Counted from the first letter of the stretch, positions 9,401-15,590 are shown. The stretch is 20,000 nt of DNA from an uncultured virus (IMG/VR IMGVR_UViG_3300008448_009590) (IMGVR_UViG_3300008448_009590); one strand, 5' to 3'. Translations and numbers: made by a program. Notes: generated from the sequence alone by a model not told the origin.

Positions 9401-9883
9401 ACACAATTTACATTAACTACCACACCGGCAAATGAGAATTTTGTTACCGCAGTGTTTGATGGTGTAACGCAATCCAGATTAACATACTCTGTAAGTGGTA
9501 CAACAATTACCTTCGATGAAGCACCACCCAATACTGCAAATATTGAAATTACCACTATTAAGAATATCTTTGGTACGTTCATAAATAGAAATTACCTTGG
9601 AGATGGTTCAAATACAAACTTTACTGTTACGAGTGGCGTTTCAGCAAATAGTGTTCTTGTGTTCCAAAATGGTATCGCACAAAGACCTATTACTGATTAT
9701 ACTGTAAGTGGAAGCACACTATCATTCTCAACGGCACCAACGAATGGTGAAATTGTACAAGTGCGAGAACTTGTAGGTGATCCTGGTGGTTCAACAGTTC
9801 TTGCACAAGCGGCTTTTGATAAAGCAAATACGGCAGCAACAACAGGTAAATCTATTGCAATGGCGATAGTATTCGGAGGATAA
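497..9883 (+). CDS. Giant 3128-aa fibre-like structural protein: segmented Ala-rich coiled coil with repeated globular domains
   Basis: Uninterrupted ORF with A-x-x-A-x-x-x heptads in 14/21/28-aa units. It carries five GGT(I/V)xGDxxxxGNxxVxG domains and five (F/Y)xG(T/D)GxxTxF domains, and lies upstream of the neck genes. Confidence 0.8.
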   Translation: MTYSYIGNQSTSNQLNKVKTEANSAFSAANSSGSYANSAFSAANTADSKAVTSGLYANSAYALANTVSSGAIDNYARPHANAAFEVANSSSSYSNSAFLAANTSDSKAVTAGSYANSAYGQANTATTNAATADTKAVDAGNYANSAFGIANTANVNSISAGSYANSAYTQANTATTNAATADGKAVTAGSYANSSFSAANTADGKAVTSGSYANSAFATANTVDDKVSTSGSYANSAFGAANTADTKAVNAGSYANAAFGQANTATTNAATADSKAVSAGNYANAAFDVANTADGKAVTAGSYANSAYVQANTATTNAATADSKAVSAGEYANSSFGAANTADSKAVTAGNYANSAFGSANTADAKAVTSGLYANAAYALANTISSGAIDNYARPHANAAFEVANSASSYANNAFASANTADSKAVTSGSYANSAFSAANNKYSSSGGTITGDVVVTGNLTVSGTQTIINTETLNLADNLIDLNSNFTSGAPTENAGIRIIRGDELPVQLRWNETVDQWQFTVDGSNYNNIASQSVESYANSAFGTANTVDSKAVTAGSYANSAFGTANTATANAATADGKAVTAGSYANSAFAAANTVLSGSVDNYARPHANAAFEVANSSSVYANSAYGQANTATTNAATADSKAISAGSYANSAFSSSNTATTNAATADSKAVSAGEYANSAYGQANTAITNAATADSKAVSASDYANGAFNTANSGSSYANSAFLTSNTADSKAVTSGNYANAAFALANTVSSGSVDNYARPHANAAFEVANSASSYANGAFASANTADSKAVSAGNYANSAYTQANTATTNAATADGKATSAGSYANSAYTQANTATTNAATADDKATSAGSYANSAFSSSNTKFSSSGGTITGDIVVTGNLTVSGTRTIVDTEIVTIADNLIDLNSNFVTGTPTENGGIRVIRGDEVPVQLRWNESAKYWQFSNDGVSYSNVASQISEQYANSAFATANSADSKITTVGNYANSAFGAANTSDSKAVTAGSYANSAYGQANTATTNAATADTKAVTAGSYANAAFALANTVSSGSVDNYARPHANAAFNTANSGSSYANSAFGAANTADSKAVTSGNYANSAYGQANTATTNAATADGKAVTAGLYANGAYSAANTADDKAITSGSYANSAYGQANTATTNAATADSKAVTAGDYANSSFSAANTADGKAVTAGNYANSAYGQANTANTNAATADGKAVTAGSYANSAFAAANNAVDTWVRDAANSASSYANSAFGAANTSDSKAVTAGSYANSSFTKANSAYDLASAVAANGNFILSVKNDTFVGTGSCTTFQLSTTPANEDYTLITIEGVTQLKSSYSLSAANVIFSEAPKLSDNIDVLVFSSDVNPSFGAANSAGLYANAAFALANAVSSGSVDAYARPHANAAFDVANSASGYANSAFGAANTATTNAATADSKAVTAGSYANSAFNTANNNVSNTGGTISGDLSITGNLTVFGNATSIAVSSIKIDDSLIQLAANNESDAIDIGFFGHYSTDAGVTQKHTGLFRDATDGRYYLFYNYEDASFDTLTPNNVIDVANSTFRVANLTANIVTDVISIRGYDPINYTNSAFNAANTADSKAVSAGSYSNAAFEAANSSSGYANSAYGQANTATTNAATADGKAVTAGIYANAAFALANTISSGSVDNYARPHANAAFEVANSASSYANGAFGVANTADSKAVSAGLYANAAFGTANSASSYANSAFGTANTADANAGTADSKAVTAGNYANSAFSVANTSDSKAVTAGSYANAAFALANTVSSGSVDNYARPHANAAFEVANSASGYANSAYGQANTSDSKATSAGSYANSAYGQANTATTNAATADQKAVTSGSYANSAFDTANTATTNASNANSNALIAGSYANSAFAAANNATDTWVRNAANAASSYANSAFGTANTSDSKSQSASLYANAAFALANTLSSGNVDQYARDLSNAASLHSNTAFNFANTLIGTGTSIVGYVDEFLGDGACTEFTLINTPNSENLTLISISGLVQSKNNYSLTGNVITFSTAPPLNSKIEINTFSGGGAGLSFDAANSAGLYANAAFALANTVSSGSVDNYARPNSNAAFEAANSGSSYANSAYGQANTATTNAATADGKAVTAGSYANSAYGQANTATTNAATADSKAVTAGDYANSAFGVANTKYSSSGGTVSGDVIITGNLTVSGTRTIVDTEIVTIADNLIDLNSNFTTGTPTENGGIRVIRGDEVPVQLRWNESAKYWQFSNDGASFINISSQSAESYSNAAFSVANSSSSYANSAFAAANNATDTWVRNAANAASSYANSAFGTANSATTNAATADGKAVTAGSYANSAFGAANTSDSKALSAGLYANAAFDLANTISSGSVDNYARPHANAAYNTANSASSYANSAFDTANTVDSKVVTSGSYANGAYTQANTATTNAATADGKAVTAGSYANSAYTQANTATTNAATADGKAVTAGSYANAAFALANTISSGSIDSYARPHANAAFEVANSASGYANAAFALANTISSGSVDNYARPHANAAFEVANSASSYANAAFDTANTADSKSVTSGNYANGAYTQANTATTNAATADSKAVTSGSYANSAFGTANTATTNAATADGKAVSAGSYANSAFGTANTATTNAATADGKAVSAGSYANSAFGTANTSDSKAVTSGSYANSAFGTANTATTNAATADSKAVTAGSYANSAFGTANNKLNSSGGTISGDLTVNGNISVTGCTTTLTVNTLRTSDHIIDLGFGTVGVPTQNAGIRILRGDENPVQLRWVEDDNSWEFTNDGANYLKIGAQSGEIYANLAFTAANTPSHVANSASSYANASFIHANAAFAVANSGGGAGTDSYARDTANSASVYANAAFAAANTGGGGGGGTGQYASTMKVDSFTGTGACTQFTLTQEPSGEDYTIVSLNGILQHKSAYSLSGSIVTFSEAPENNIAIDIVSLVNKVAGGSSEIVVDNFTGTGACTQFTLTTTPANENFVTAVFDGVTQSRLTYSVSGTTITFDEAPPNTANIEITTIKNIFGTFINRNYLGDGSNTNFTVTSGVSANSVLVFQNGIAQRPITDYTVSGSTLSFSTAPTNGEIVQVRELVGDPGGSTVLAQAAFDKANTAATTGKSIAMAIVFGG
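3161..3353 (+). repeat. Near-identical dispersed repeat with 7046-7238
   Basis: 78 bp exact (3161-3238 = 7046-7123) and 67 bp exact (3287-3353 = 7172-7238), separated by a diverged patch. Confidence 0.9.
6137..6245 (+). repeat. 109-bp exact dispersed repeat with 7319-7427
   Basis: Encodes YANSAFAAANNATDTWVRNAANAASSYANSAFGTAN; the DNA is identical in both copies. Confidence 0.9.
8270..8455 (+). repeat. Perfect tandem repeat, 84-bp period (28 aa), about 2.2 copies
   Basis: The unit FGTANTATTNAATADGKAVSAGSYANSA starts at 8270, 8354 and 8438. Confidence 0.9.
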
Positions 9884-9887
9884 TTAA

Positions 9888-10253
9888 ATGGCAGCACCAA
9901 ATATAGTTAATGTAAGTCAAATAACAGCGAATACAAATTTAGCAAATGTTACCACAGTTGTATCAAACGTGGTGACGAATTCTGCAAGTAGTGGTAAAGT
10001 ATATAAAGTAAATAACATACAACTTGCAAATTATAGTGCTGCAACAGTTACAGCCAACGTAATTTTTAATAGAAATTCTGCTTCACCAACATCTTATTAT
10101 ATTGCTGGATCTATTTCAATACCTGCTACTTCTACTTTAGTTGTTGTAGCAAAAGATACTTCATTTTATATGGAAGAAAGTGATGTTTTACAATTGTCCT
10201 GCTCAGCAAATTCATCTGTTCATGGTGTAGTCTCTTATGAGGTTATAAGTTAA
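9888..10253 (+). CDS. Small beta-rich virion/fibre-associated protein (putative adaptor 2)
   Basis: 121 aa, MAAPNIVNV to VSYEVIS. A GGAGG RBS lies within the last codons of the giant gene. Paralogous to 172-495. Confidence 0.75.
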   Translation: MAAPNIVNVSQITANTNLANVTTVVSNVVTNSASSGKVYKVNNIQLANYSAATVTANVIFNRNSASPTSYYIAGSISIPATSTLVVVAKDTSFYMEESDVLQLSCSANSSVHGVVSYEVIS

Positions 10254-11188
10254 TGCCTAGAGTTAGGTCAAATTTTGGAATTATTGGTAATGAAAAAACT
10301 ATCAACTCAGGTAGTACAGGTATTTTATCTAGTAGTATCGAATCACAGTACTTAAAGAGTTCTGGTAAATGGCCAGGATTAACAACAACAGTTAATTTCT
10401 TAGTCGTTGCTGGTGGTGGCGGAGGATCAGAAGATAATACAGGTGGAGGTGGAGGAGGAGCAGGAGGATATAGAACTGATACTACAGAACTCGGAACCGG
10501 AACATATACAATTACTATTGGTGCTGGCGGTAGTGGAGGAAGCACGGATGGTGCTAGAGGAGCCAATGGATCAGTTTCTCAAATAACAAATGGAACATAC
10601 ACAATGACTTCTACTGGAGGTGGCGGTGGAGGTTCACAAACACTTAATGGTTTTCCTGGTGGGTCTGGAGGTGGAGCATCTAGAGCATTACTTGGTGCTG
10701 CCGGCAATTTAGGAGGATACACTCCACCCGAAGGACAAAGAGGTGGTAGAGGTATAGATGGTACTCCATACGCCGGCGGCGGTGGCGGTGGTGCTGGTGT
10801 TGCTGGCGCTAATGCCTCTGTAACTGGTGGAGGTTCTGGAGGCACAGGAAATACTTGGCTTAATGGAGTAGTTTATGCAGGAGGCGGCGGAGGAGGTTCC
10901 CGTGTAGCTGGAACAGCAGGAGCGGGCGGAAGTGGCGGCGGCGGCAACGGATCAAACACACATACTGCGCCGGGAGCTTCTGGAACAGCAAACAGAGGAG
11001 GTGGTGGTGGAGGAGGAGGTTATAACAGCGGTACGAGTGATGGTGGTGCCGGCGGATCAGGTGTTGTTATATTAAGATTTCCAACCGCTTCTGCAAACGC
11101 TACTTCTACTGGAGGATCACCAACATATACTGAAAGTGATGGATATAGATATTTTACTTTCACAGCTTCAGGTTCAATTACATTCTAA
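10253..11188 (+). CDS. Glycine-rich domain protein, putative adhesin/receptor-binding tip
   Basis: Pattern FLVVAGGGGG..GGGGGGAGGY..YTITIGAGG..GGSGVVILRF, typical of phage glycine-rich (polyglycine II) domains. TAATG overlap with the previous gene. Confidence 0.75.
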   Translation: MPRVRSNFGIIGNEKTINSGSTGILSSSIESQYLKSSGKWPGLTTTVNFLVVAGGGGGSEDNTGGGGGGAGGYRTDTTELGTGTYTITIGAGGSGGSTDGARGANGSVSQITNGTYTMTSTGGGGGGSQTLNGFPGGSGGGASRALLGAAGNLGGYTPPEGQRGGRGIDGTPYAGGGGGGAGVAGANASVTGGGSGGTGNTWLNGVVYAGGGGGGSRVAGTAGAGGSGGGGNGSNTHTAPGASGTANRGGGGGGGGYNSGTSDGGAGGSGVVILRFPTASANATSTGGSPTYTESDGYRYFTFTASGSITF

Positions 11189-11210
11189 CATTCGTTAAAA
11201 CCTTAGATGG

Positions 11211-11218
11211 CATAAATA
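11211..11218 (+). promoter_or_regulatory. T4-type late promoter
   Basis: CATAAATA in the intergenic gap, followed by an AAGGAG RBS and ATG 11238. Confidence 0.8.
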
Positions 11219-11237
11219 CTCTGTAAAAGGAGAATTT

Positions 11238-12194
11238 ATGGCATCCCCATCAACTAGAGCACAATTCAAAGATTACTGTTTACGTCAACTTGGTTGGCCA
11301 GTCATTAATATTAATGTTGATGACGATCAAGTAGAAGATAGAATTGATGATGCACTTCAATTTTTTTATGATTACCATTTTGATGGTTGTGAAAAACTGT
11401 ACATGAAACATCAATTTACGCAAGAAGATATTGATCGCCGTTGGATATATTGTCCTGATGCCGTAATATCTGTTACTGGTGTTCTTCCTTTTGATGGTTC
11501 CAATTCTTCAATTAATATGTTCGATCTAAGATATCAACTTAGATTACACGATCTCTATGATTTTACCTCTGTGTCTTATGTTTCATATGAGATTACTATG
11601 CAACATATTCGCACACTAAATCTTTTATTCTCAGGCACTCCTCAATTTAGATTTAATCGACACATGAATAGAATCATGTTAGATATTAATTGGGAGAGTG
11701 ATGCTAAAGTTGGTGAGTATGTAATCATTGAATGTTATCGTAAAATGGATCCAGATACGGTTACATTAACAGGCACACTAACTGGAAATACATCATCAAA
11801 TACTGTAATTGGAACAAGCACAAAGTTTGACCAAGAAGTAATTGAGAATGACTTTATTACATTGTCTGATGGACAACAAGTTCAAATAAGAAAAATAAAT
11901 TCACCAACAAATATTGATTTAAGTAAACCTCCTACAGCAAATGTTTCCGGAGTATCTGCAACAAAAGCTGGAGTTTCAGACGTTTGGAACGATAGATTTT
12001 TAAAACAATATGCCACCGCCAAGATTAAACAACAGTGGGGAAGTAATATGAAAAAGTTTGGTGGCATACAAATGCCTGGTGGTGTCACATTAAATGGAAA
12101 AGAAATTTACGATGAGGCTGTTGCAGAGATTGATAAAATTGAAGCAGAGATGCAGCAATACAACGTATTACCAAATGACTTTATGATGGGTTAA
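11238..12194 (+). CDS. gp13: Neck protein gp13, with an inserted domain
   Basis: Motifs YCLRQLGWPVININVDDDQVEDRIDDAL, YHFDG, WNDRFLKQYATAKIKQQWG and PGGVTLNG; synteny with gp14 and gp15. Confidence 0.93.
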   Translation: MASPSTRAQFKDYCLRQLGWPVININVDDDQVEDRIDDALQFFYDYHFDGCEKLYMKHQFTQEDIDRRWIYCPDAVISVTGVLPFDGSNSSINMFDLRYQLRLHDLYDFTSVSYVSYEITMQHIRTLNLLFSGTPQFRFNRHMNRIMLDINWESDAKVGEYVIIECYRKMDPDTVTLTGTLTGNTSSNTVIGTSTKFDQEVIENDFITLSDGQQVQIRKINSPTNIDLSKPPTANVSGVSATKAGVSDVWNDRFLKQYATAKIKQQWGSNMKKFGGIQMPGGVTLNGKEIYDEAVAEIDKIEAEMQQYNVLPNDFMMG

Positions 12195-12196
12195 AC

Positions 12197-13153
12197 GTGG
12201 CTACAAATTTTTATTTTCAACCATTTCCTCAGGATCAAATAACCAATGAACAACTTTTAGTTGAAGATTTGGTGATTGAAGCTCTTGGTATATACGGCAT
12301 GGATGTTTATTATATGCCAAGAACTTCTAGAGATCCTAATGGTATTGATAAATTATTTGGTGAAGATACACTAAAACAATATGTCTCTGCACATCCGTTA
12401 GAAATATATCTCGAAAACATTACTGGTATGGATGGAGAGGGAGACTTTGCATCAAAATTTGGTTTGCAGATACAGGATGAAGCTACAGTATTAGTTTCTC
12501 GCCGCAGATTTAAATACGCTGTTGGTTCAAGCAATTTTAATCGTCCAAGAATTGGTGATATTGTTGCTACCGAAAACCAAGCACCAACAAGACCGAGAGA
12601 AGGTGATTTAATTTATATGCCTTTATTAAAGTCTTTCTTTGAAATTACTTTTGTTGAACATGAAGATGATCAAGCTATGTTCTACACCTTAGGTCGTGGA
12701 CGTGGTGGTAATGTGTATGTTTATGCAATCAAGATGAAAAAGTTTGTTTTCTCACAAGAAATTATTTCTACAGGCAAACAAGAAATTGATGATAATGCTT
12801 TCGAATATTATGCAAAAACTCGCCTATCAGTTCCTACTTCGGGAACAGGTACATATGTAAAAGGTGAGATTGTATATCAAGGTGCAAACTTGGCAAACTC
12901 AACAGCACAAGCTATTGTACATACGTGGAATCCAGCAAGATATATTGATGTTGTTCAAGTAAAAGGAAGTTTTGTTTCGGGAACTACATTAAAAGGCAAT
13001 ACAAGTAATGCAATATGGACGATGGATGAAGCAGCTGATGATATGGTACCATTAGATAATGCATTTGAAGAAATAAATGACAATTATGGAATCGAAACCG
13101 AATCGGATTCTATTATTGATTTTACTGAAGTCAACCCATTCGGAGAACCTTGA
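12197..13153 (+). CDS. gp14: Neck protein gp14
   Basis: GTG start. Motifs EQLLVEDLVIE, YGMDVYYMPR, LFGED, SKFGLQIQDE, RPREGDLIY and C-terminal DFTEVNPFGE. Confidence 0.93.
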   Translation: MATNFYFQPFPQDQITNEQLLVEDLVIEALGIYGMDVYYMPRTSRDPNGIDKLFGEDTLKQYVSAHPLEIYLENITGMDGEGDFASKFGLQIQDEATVLVSRRRFKYAVGSSNFNRPRIGDIVATENQAPTRPREGDLIYMPLLKSFFEITFVEHEDDQAMFYTLGRGRGGNVYVYAIKMKKFVFSQEIISTGKQEIDDNAFEYYAKTRLSVPTSGTGTYVKGEIVYQGANLANSTAQAIVHTWNPARYIDVVQVKGSFVSGTTLKGNTSNAIWTMDEAADDMVPLDNAFEEINDNYGIETESDSIIDFTEVNPFGEP

Positions 13154-14007
13154 TGTTACAGAATCGACATTTTTACCATAGAACAATAAGAAAAGTTGTT
13201 GTAGCTTTTGGTACACTCTTTAATAACATACAATTAATTCGTTACACAAAAGACCTTTCGCAGGAAAAAGAAAGATTTCGTGTACCATTAAGTTATGGAT
13301 CAAAAGAAAAATATGTAACAAGACTTTTCTCAGATCCAAATTTAATTAAAAGTGTTGCTATAGTTGTACCTAGAATTTCATTTGAAATGACTGGACTTAG
13401 TTATGATTCAGGAAGAAAACAAATTTCTTCAATAAGAAATTTTTCTGCAAACAATTCAACAAGACTCAATACACAATTTGTTCCTATACCCTATAACTTC
13501 GACTTTTCAATGTCGATCTTCGTAAGAAATACTGAAGATGGAACACAGATATTGGAACAAATATTACCGTATTTTACACCAGATTTTAATGTTACTGTAG
13601 ATTTTATACCTGGTATGGATCAAAAGTATGATCTACCAATTATTTTAAATTCAGTAAACACAACAACAGAATATGAAGGTGATTTTTTATCAACAAGATA
13701 TATAACTTGGGATTTAGAATTTACAGTAAAAGGATATATTTGGCCATCACTTAATACAGGCAAATACATTCGTCAAGCAAATACAAACATTATTGTATCG
13801 CAAGATCCTACAAATTACATTGAATCTGCCAATTCTATTGTTTCAGAACTTAAAACAACACCTTCACCGATTACAGCAGAACCAGATGATGAATTTGGAT
13901 TCTCGGAAGAATATACAAATCCATTTGAACCCGAATCAATAATTTTACTTACTGAAGATGGGTTTGAATTGGTCACAGAAGATGCAAGATATAAATTAGA
14001 GGCTTAA
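13153..14007 (+). CDS. gp15: Tail sheath stabiliser / tail terminator gp15, with an acidic C-terminal extension
   Basis: Motifs FYHRTIRKVVVAFGTLFNNI, VPLSYG, PRISFE and QILEQILPYFTP. ATG 13153 in a TGATG overlap with the gp14 stop is preferred over TTG 13150. Confidence 0.93.
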   Translation: MLQNRHFYHRTIRKVVVAFGTLFNNIQLIRYTKDLSQEKERFRVPLSYGSKEKYVTRLFSDPNLIKSVAIVVPRISFEMTGLSYDSGRKQISSIRNFSANNSTRLNTQFVPIPYNFDFSMSIFVRNTEDGTQILEQILPYFTPDFNVTVDFIPGMDQKYDLPIILNSVNTTTEYEGDFLSTRYITWDLEFTVKGYIWPSLNTGKYIRQANTNIIVSQDPTNYIESANSIVSELKTTPSPITAEPDDEFGFSEEYTNPFEPESIILLTEDGFELVTEDARYKLEA

Positions 14008-15204
14008 ATGGCAACCAAAAAATTCTCAGAATTAACAGTACTGGATACTGTAAACGCAAACTTAGTATTAACAGTTATACCTGTTTATGATACTTCTAGT
14101 AATACAACTAGAAAAGTTACTTTGCAACAAATAAATGATTCAATTGAAGCAAATATTCCTTTTGCTGCAGCGGCATTCACTCAAGCAAATACACCTAGTC
14201 ATGTTGCCAACTCAGCGTCAAGTTATGCAAATGCGTCTTTTAGTAAAGCAAATACTCCTAGTGATGTTGCTAACTCCGCATCAAGTTATGCCAATTCGGC
14301 ATTTGGTGTTGCGAACACTGCAAATAGTAATGCTATAAGTGCAAGTCAATATGCTAATGCAGCATTTGCTGTCGCAAATAGTGGTATTACCGATTCGTGG
14401 GCTAGAGATACCGCTAATAGTGCAAGTTCTTATGCTAACTCTGCTTATAGTGTTGCTAATACTGCAAATACCAATGTTGTAACAGCTGATCAGAAAGCAG
14501 TTACTTCGGGTGCTTATGCTAATGCTGCATATGGCCAAGCTAATACATCAAACACTTTAGCTCAGCAATCATACGATGCTGCAAACACCAAAGTTAGTAA
14601 GTCTGGTGATACAATGACTGGTGATTTAAAATTTGGTGGTGGTGGCGGAATATTCAATATGCCAACAAATCAAATAGCAATTACAGCAAATGTTGATAAT
14701 GATGTTTCTGGTTTTTTTGCTCAAGCAACAGGTATATCAACAGTATATGCAAATACAGATGTTACAATACAAGCAAATACAGGTGGTGCAGTTACATCAG
14801 TATGGACTTTTAATAGCACAGGTTCATTGACATTTCCTGATAGCACAATTCAAAGTACCGCATTTACCGGTTATGGTATTGATAATGTTGCACGATATAC
14901 CGCCAACTCTGCTGAATCATATGCCAACTCGGCATTTACTCAAGCAAATACTCCAAGTCATGTTGCCAACTCAGCATCAAGTTATGCAAATGGAGCTTTT
15001 ACTCAAGCAAATACTCCAAGTCATGTTGCCAACTCAGCATCAAGTTATGCAAATGGAGCTTTTAGTACGGCTAATTCATCCAACACTTATGTTGCATCAT
15101 ATGCTGCAATTTGGGACACTTCACCTCCAACAACAATTCAATCTGCAATAGATCGTCTGGCTAATGCAATTTACATTTTAAATAGTAATACTCCTATACT
15201 ATGA
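14008..15204 (+). CDS. 398-aa fibre-like protein with the same Ala heptad repeats
   Basis: N-terminal MATKKFSEL..TRKVTL; ANSASSYANxAF repeats; KVSKSGDTMTGDL and LTFPDSTIQSTA fibre-type motifs. Confidence 0.75.
   Translation: MATKKFSELTVLDTVNANLVLTVIPVYDTSSNTTRKVTLQQINDSIEANIPFAAAAFTQANTPSHVANSASSYANASFSKANTPSDVANSASSYANSAFGVANTANSNAISASQYANAAFAVANSGITDSWARDTANSASSYANSAYSVANTANTNVVTADQKAVTSGAYANAAYGQANTSNTLAQQSYDAANTKVSKSGDTMTGDLKFGGGGGIFNMPTNQIAITANVDNDVSGFFAQATGISTVYANTDVTIQANTGGAVTSVWTFNSTGSLTFPDSTIQSTAFTGYGIDNVARYTANSAESYANSAFTQANTPSHVANSASSYANGAFTQANTPSHVANSASSYANGAFSTANSSNTYVASYAAIWDTSPPTTIQSAIDRLANAIYILNSNTPIL
14935..15064 (+). repeat. Perfect tandem repeat, 63-bp period (21 aa), 2 copies
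   Basis: The unit FTQANTPSHVANSASSYANGA starts at 14935 and 14998. Confidence 0.9.
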
Positions 15205-15590
15205 ATAAATTGAATAATAACTTATCTGAAATTTTAGATGTAGAACCTATTGAAGTAACAAACAATATTGTTTTCGAACCCTTAAATGATATCGATGATG
15301 ATGCAGAGTTCGCTCGTCAAAATATTAGGCATCTTATAGAAAAAGGTAACGATGCTATAGAGGGAATTTTAAATGTTGCTAGAGCTTCTGATCATCCAAG
15401 AGCATATGAAGTTGCCGCAAATATGTTGAAACACTTAACGGACATGAATAAAGATTTGATGGAAATACAAAAAAGAAAAAAAGATTTACAACCAAAAGAA
15501 TCTTCACCTACAAATGGTATTACTGTTGATAAGGCTGTGTTTGTAGGATCAACTAAAGAATTAGTAAAACTTTTAAAGAGTAAAGAATAA
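15201..15590 (+). CDS. gp16: Terminase small subunit gp16
   Basis: Motifs DAEFARQNI, SDHPRAYEV and VFVGSTKEL; ATGA overlap with the upstream gene. Confidence 0.92.
   Translation: MNKLNNNLSEILDVEPIEVTNNIVFEPLNDIDDDAEFARQNIRHLIEKGNDAIEGILNVARASDHPRAYEVAANMLKHLTDMNKDLMEIQKRKKDLQPKESSPTNGITVDKAVFVGSTKELVKLLKSKE

Noticed and set aside
497..9883. CRISPR array or non-coding repeat array
   Set aside because: The repeats are in-frame, vary at third codon positions and lack a constant repeat with unique spacers.
497..9883. Ice-nucleation protein or tape measure protein
   Set aside because: Periodicity is 7-based, not the 8/16/48 AGYGST pattern. Inserted beta domains and the gene position do not fit a tape measure.
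9833..9883. Hydrophobic C-termini as membrane anchors or sorting signals
   Set aside because: Only about 9-10 hydrophobic residues with no charged tail, and no signal peptide on the giant protein; too short for a transmembrane helix.
2889..15151. Alternative-frame + strand ORFs rich in M/L/Q (2889, 5223, 5895, 8256, 8955, 14135, 14873)
   Set aside because: Shadows of the repeated GCT/AAT/GCA codons in the real genes, with no independent support.
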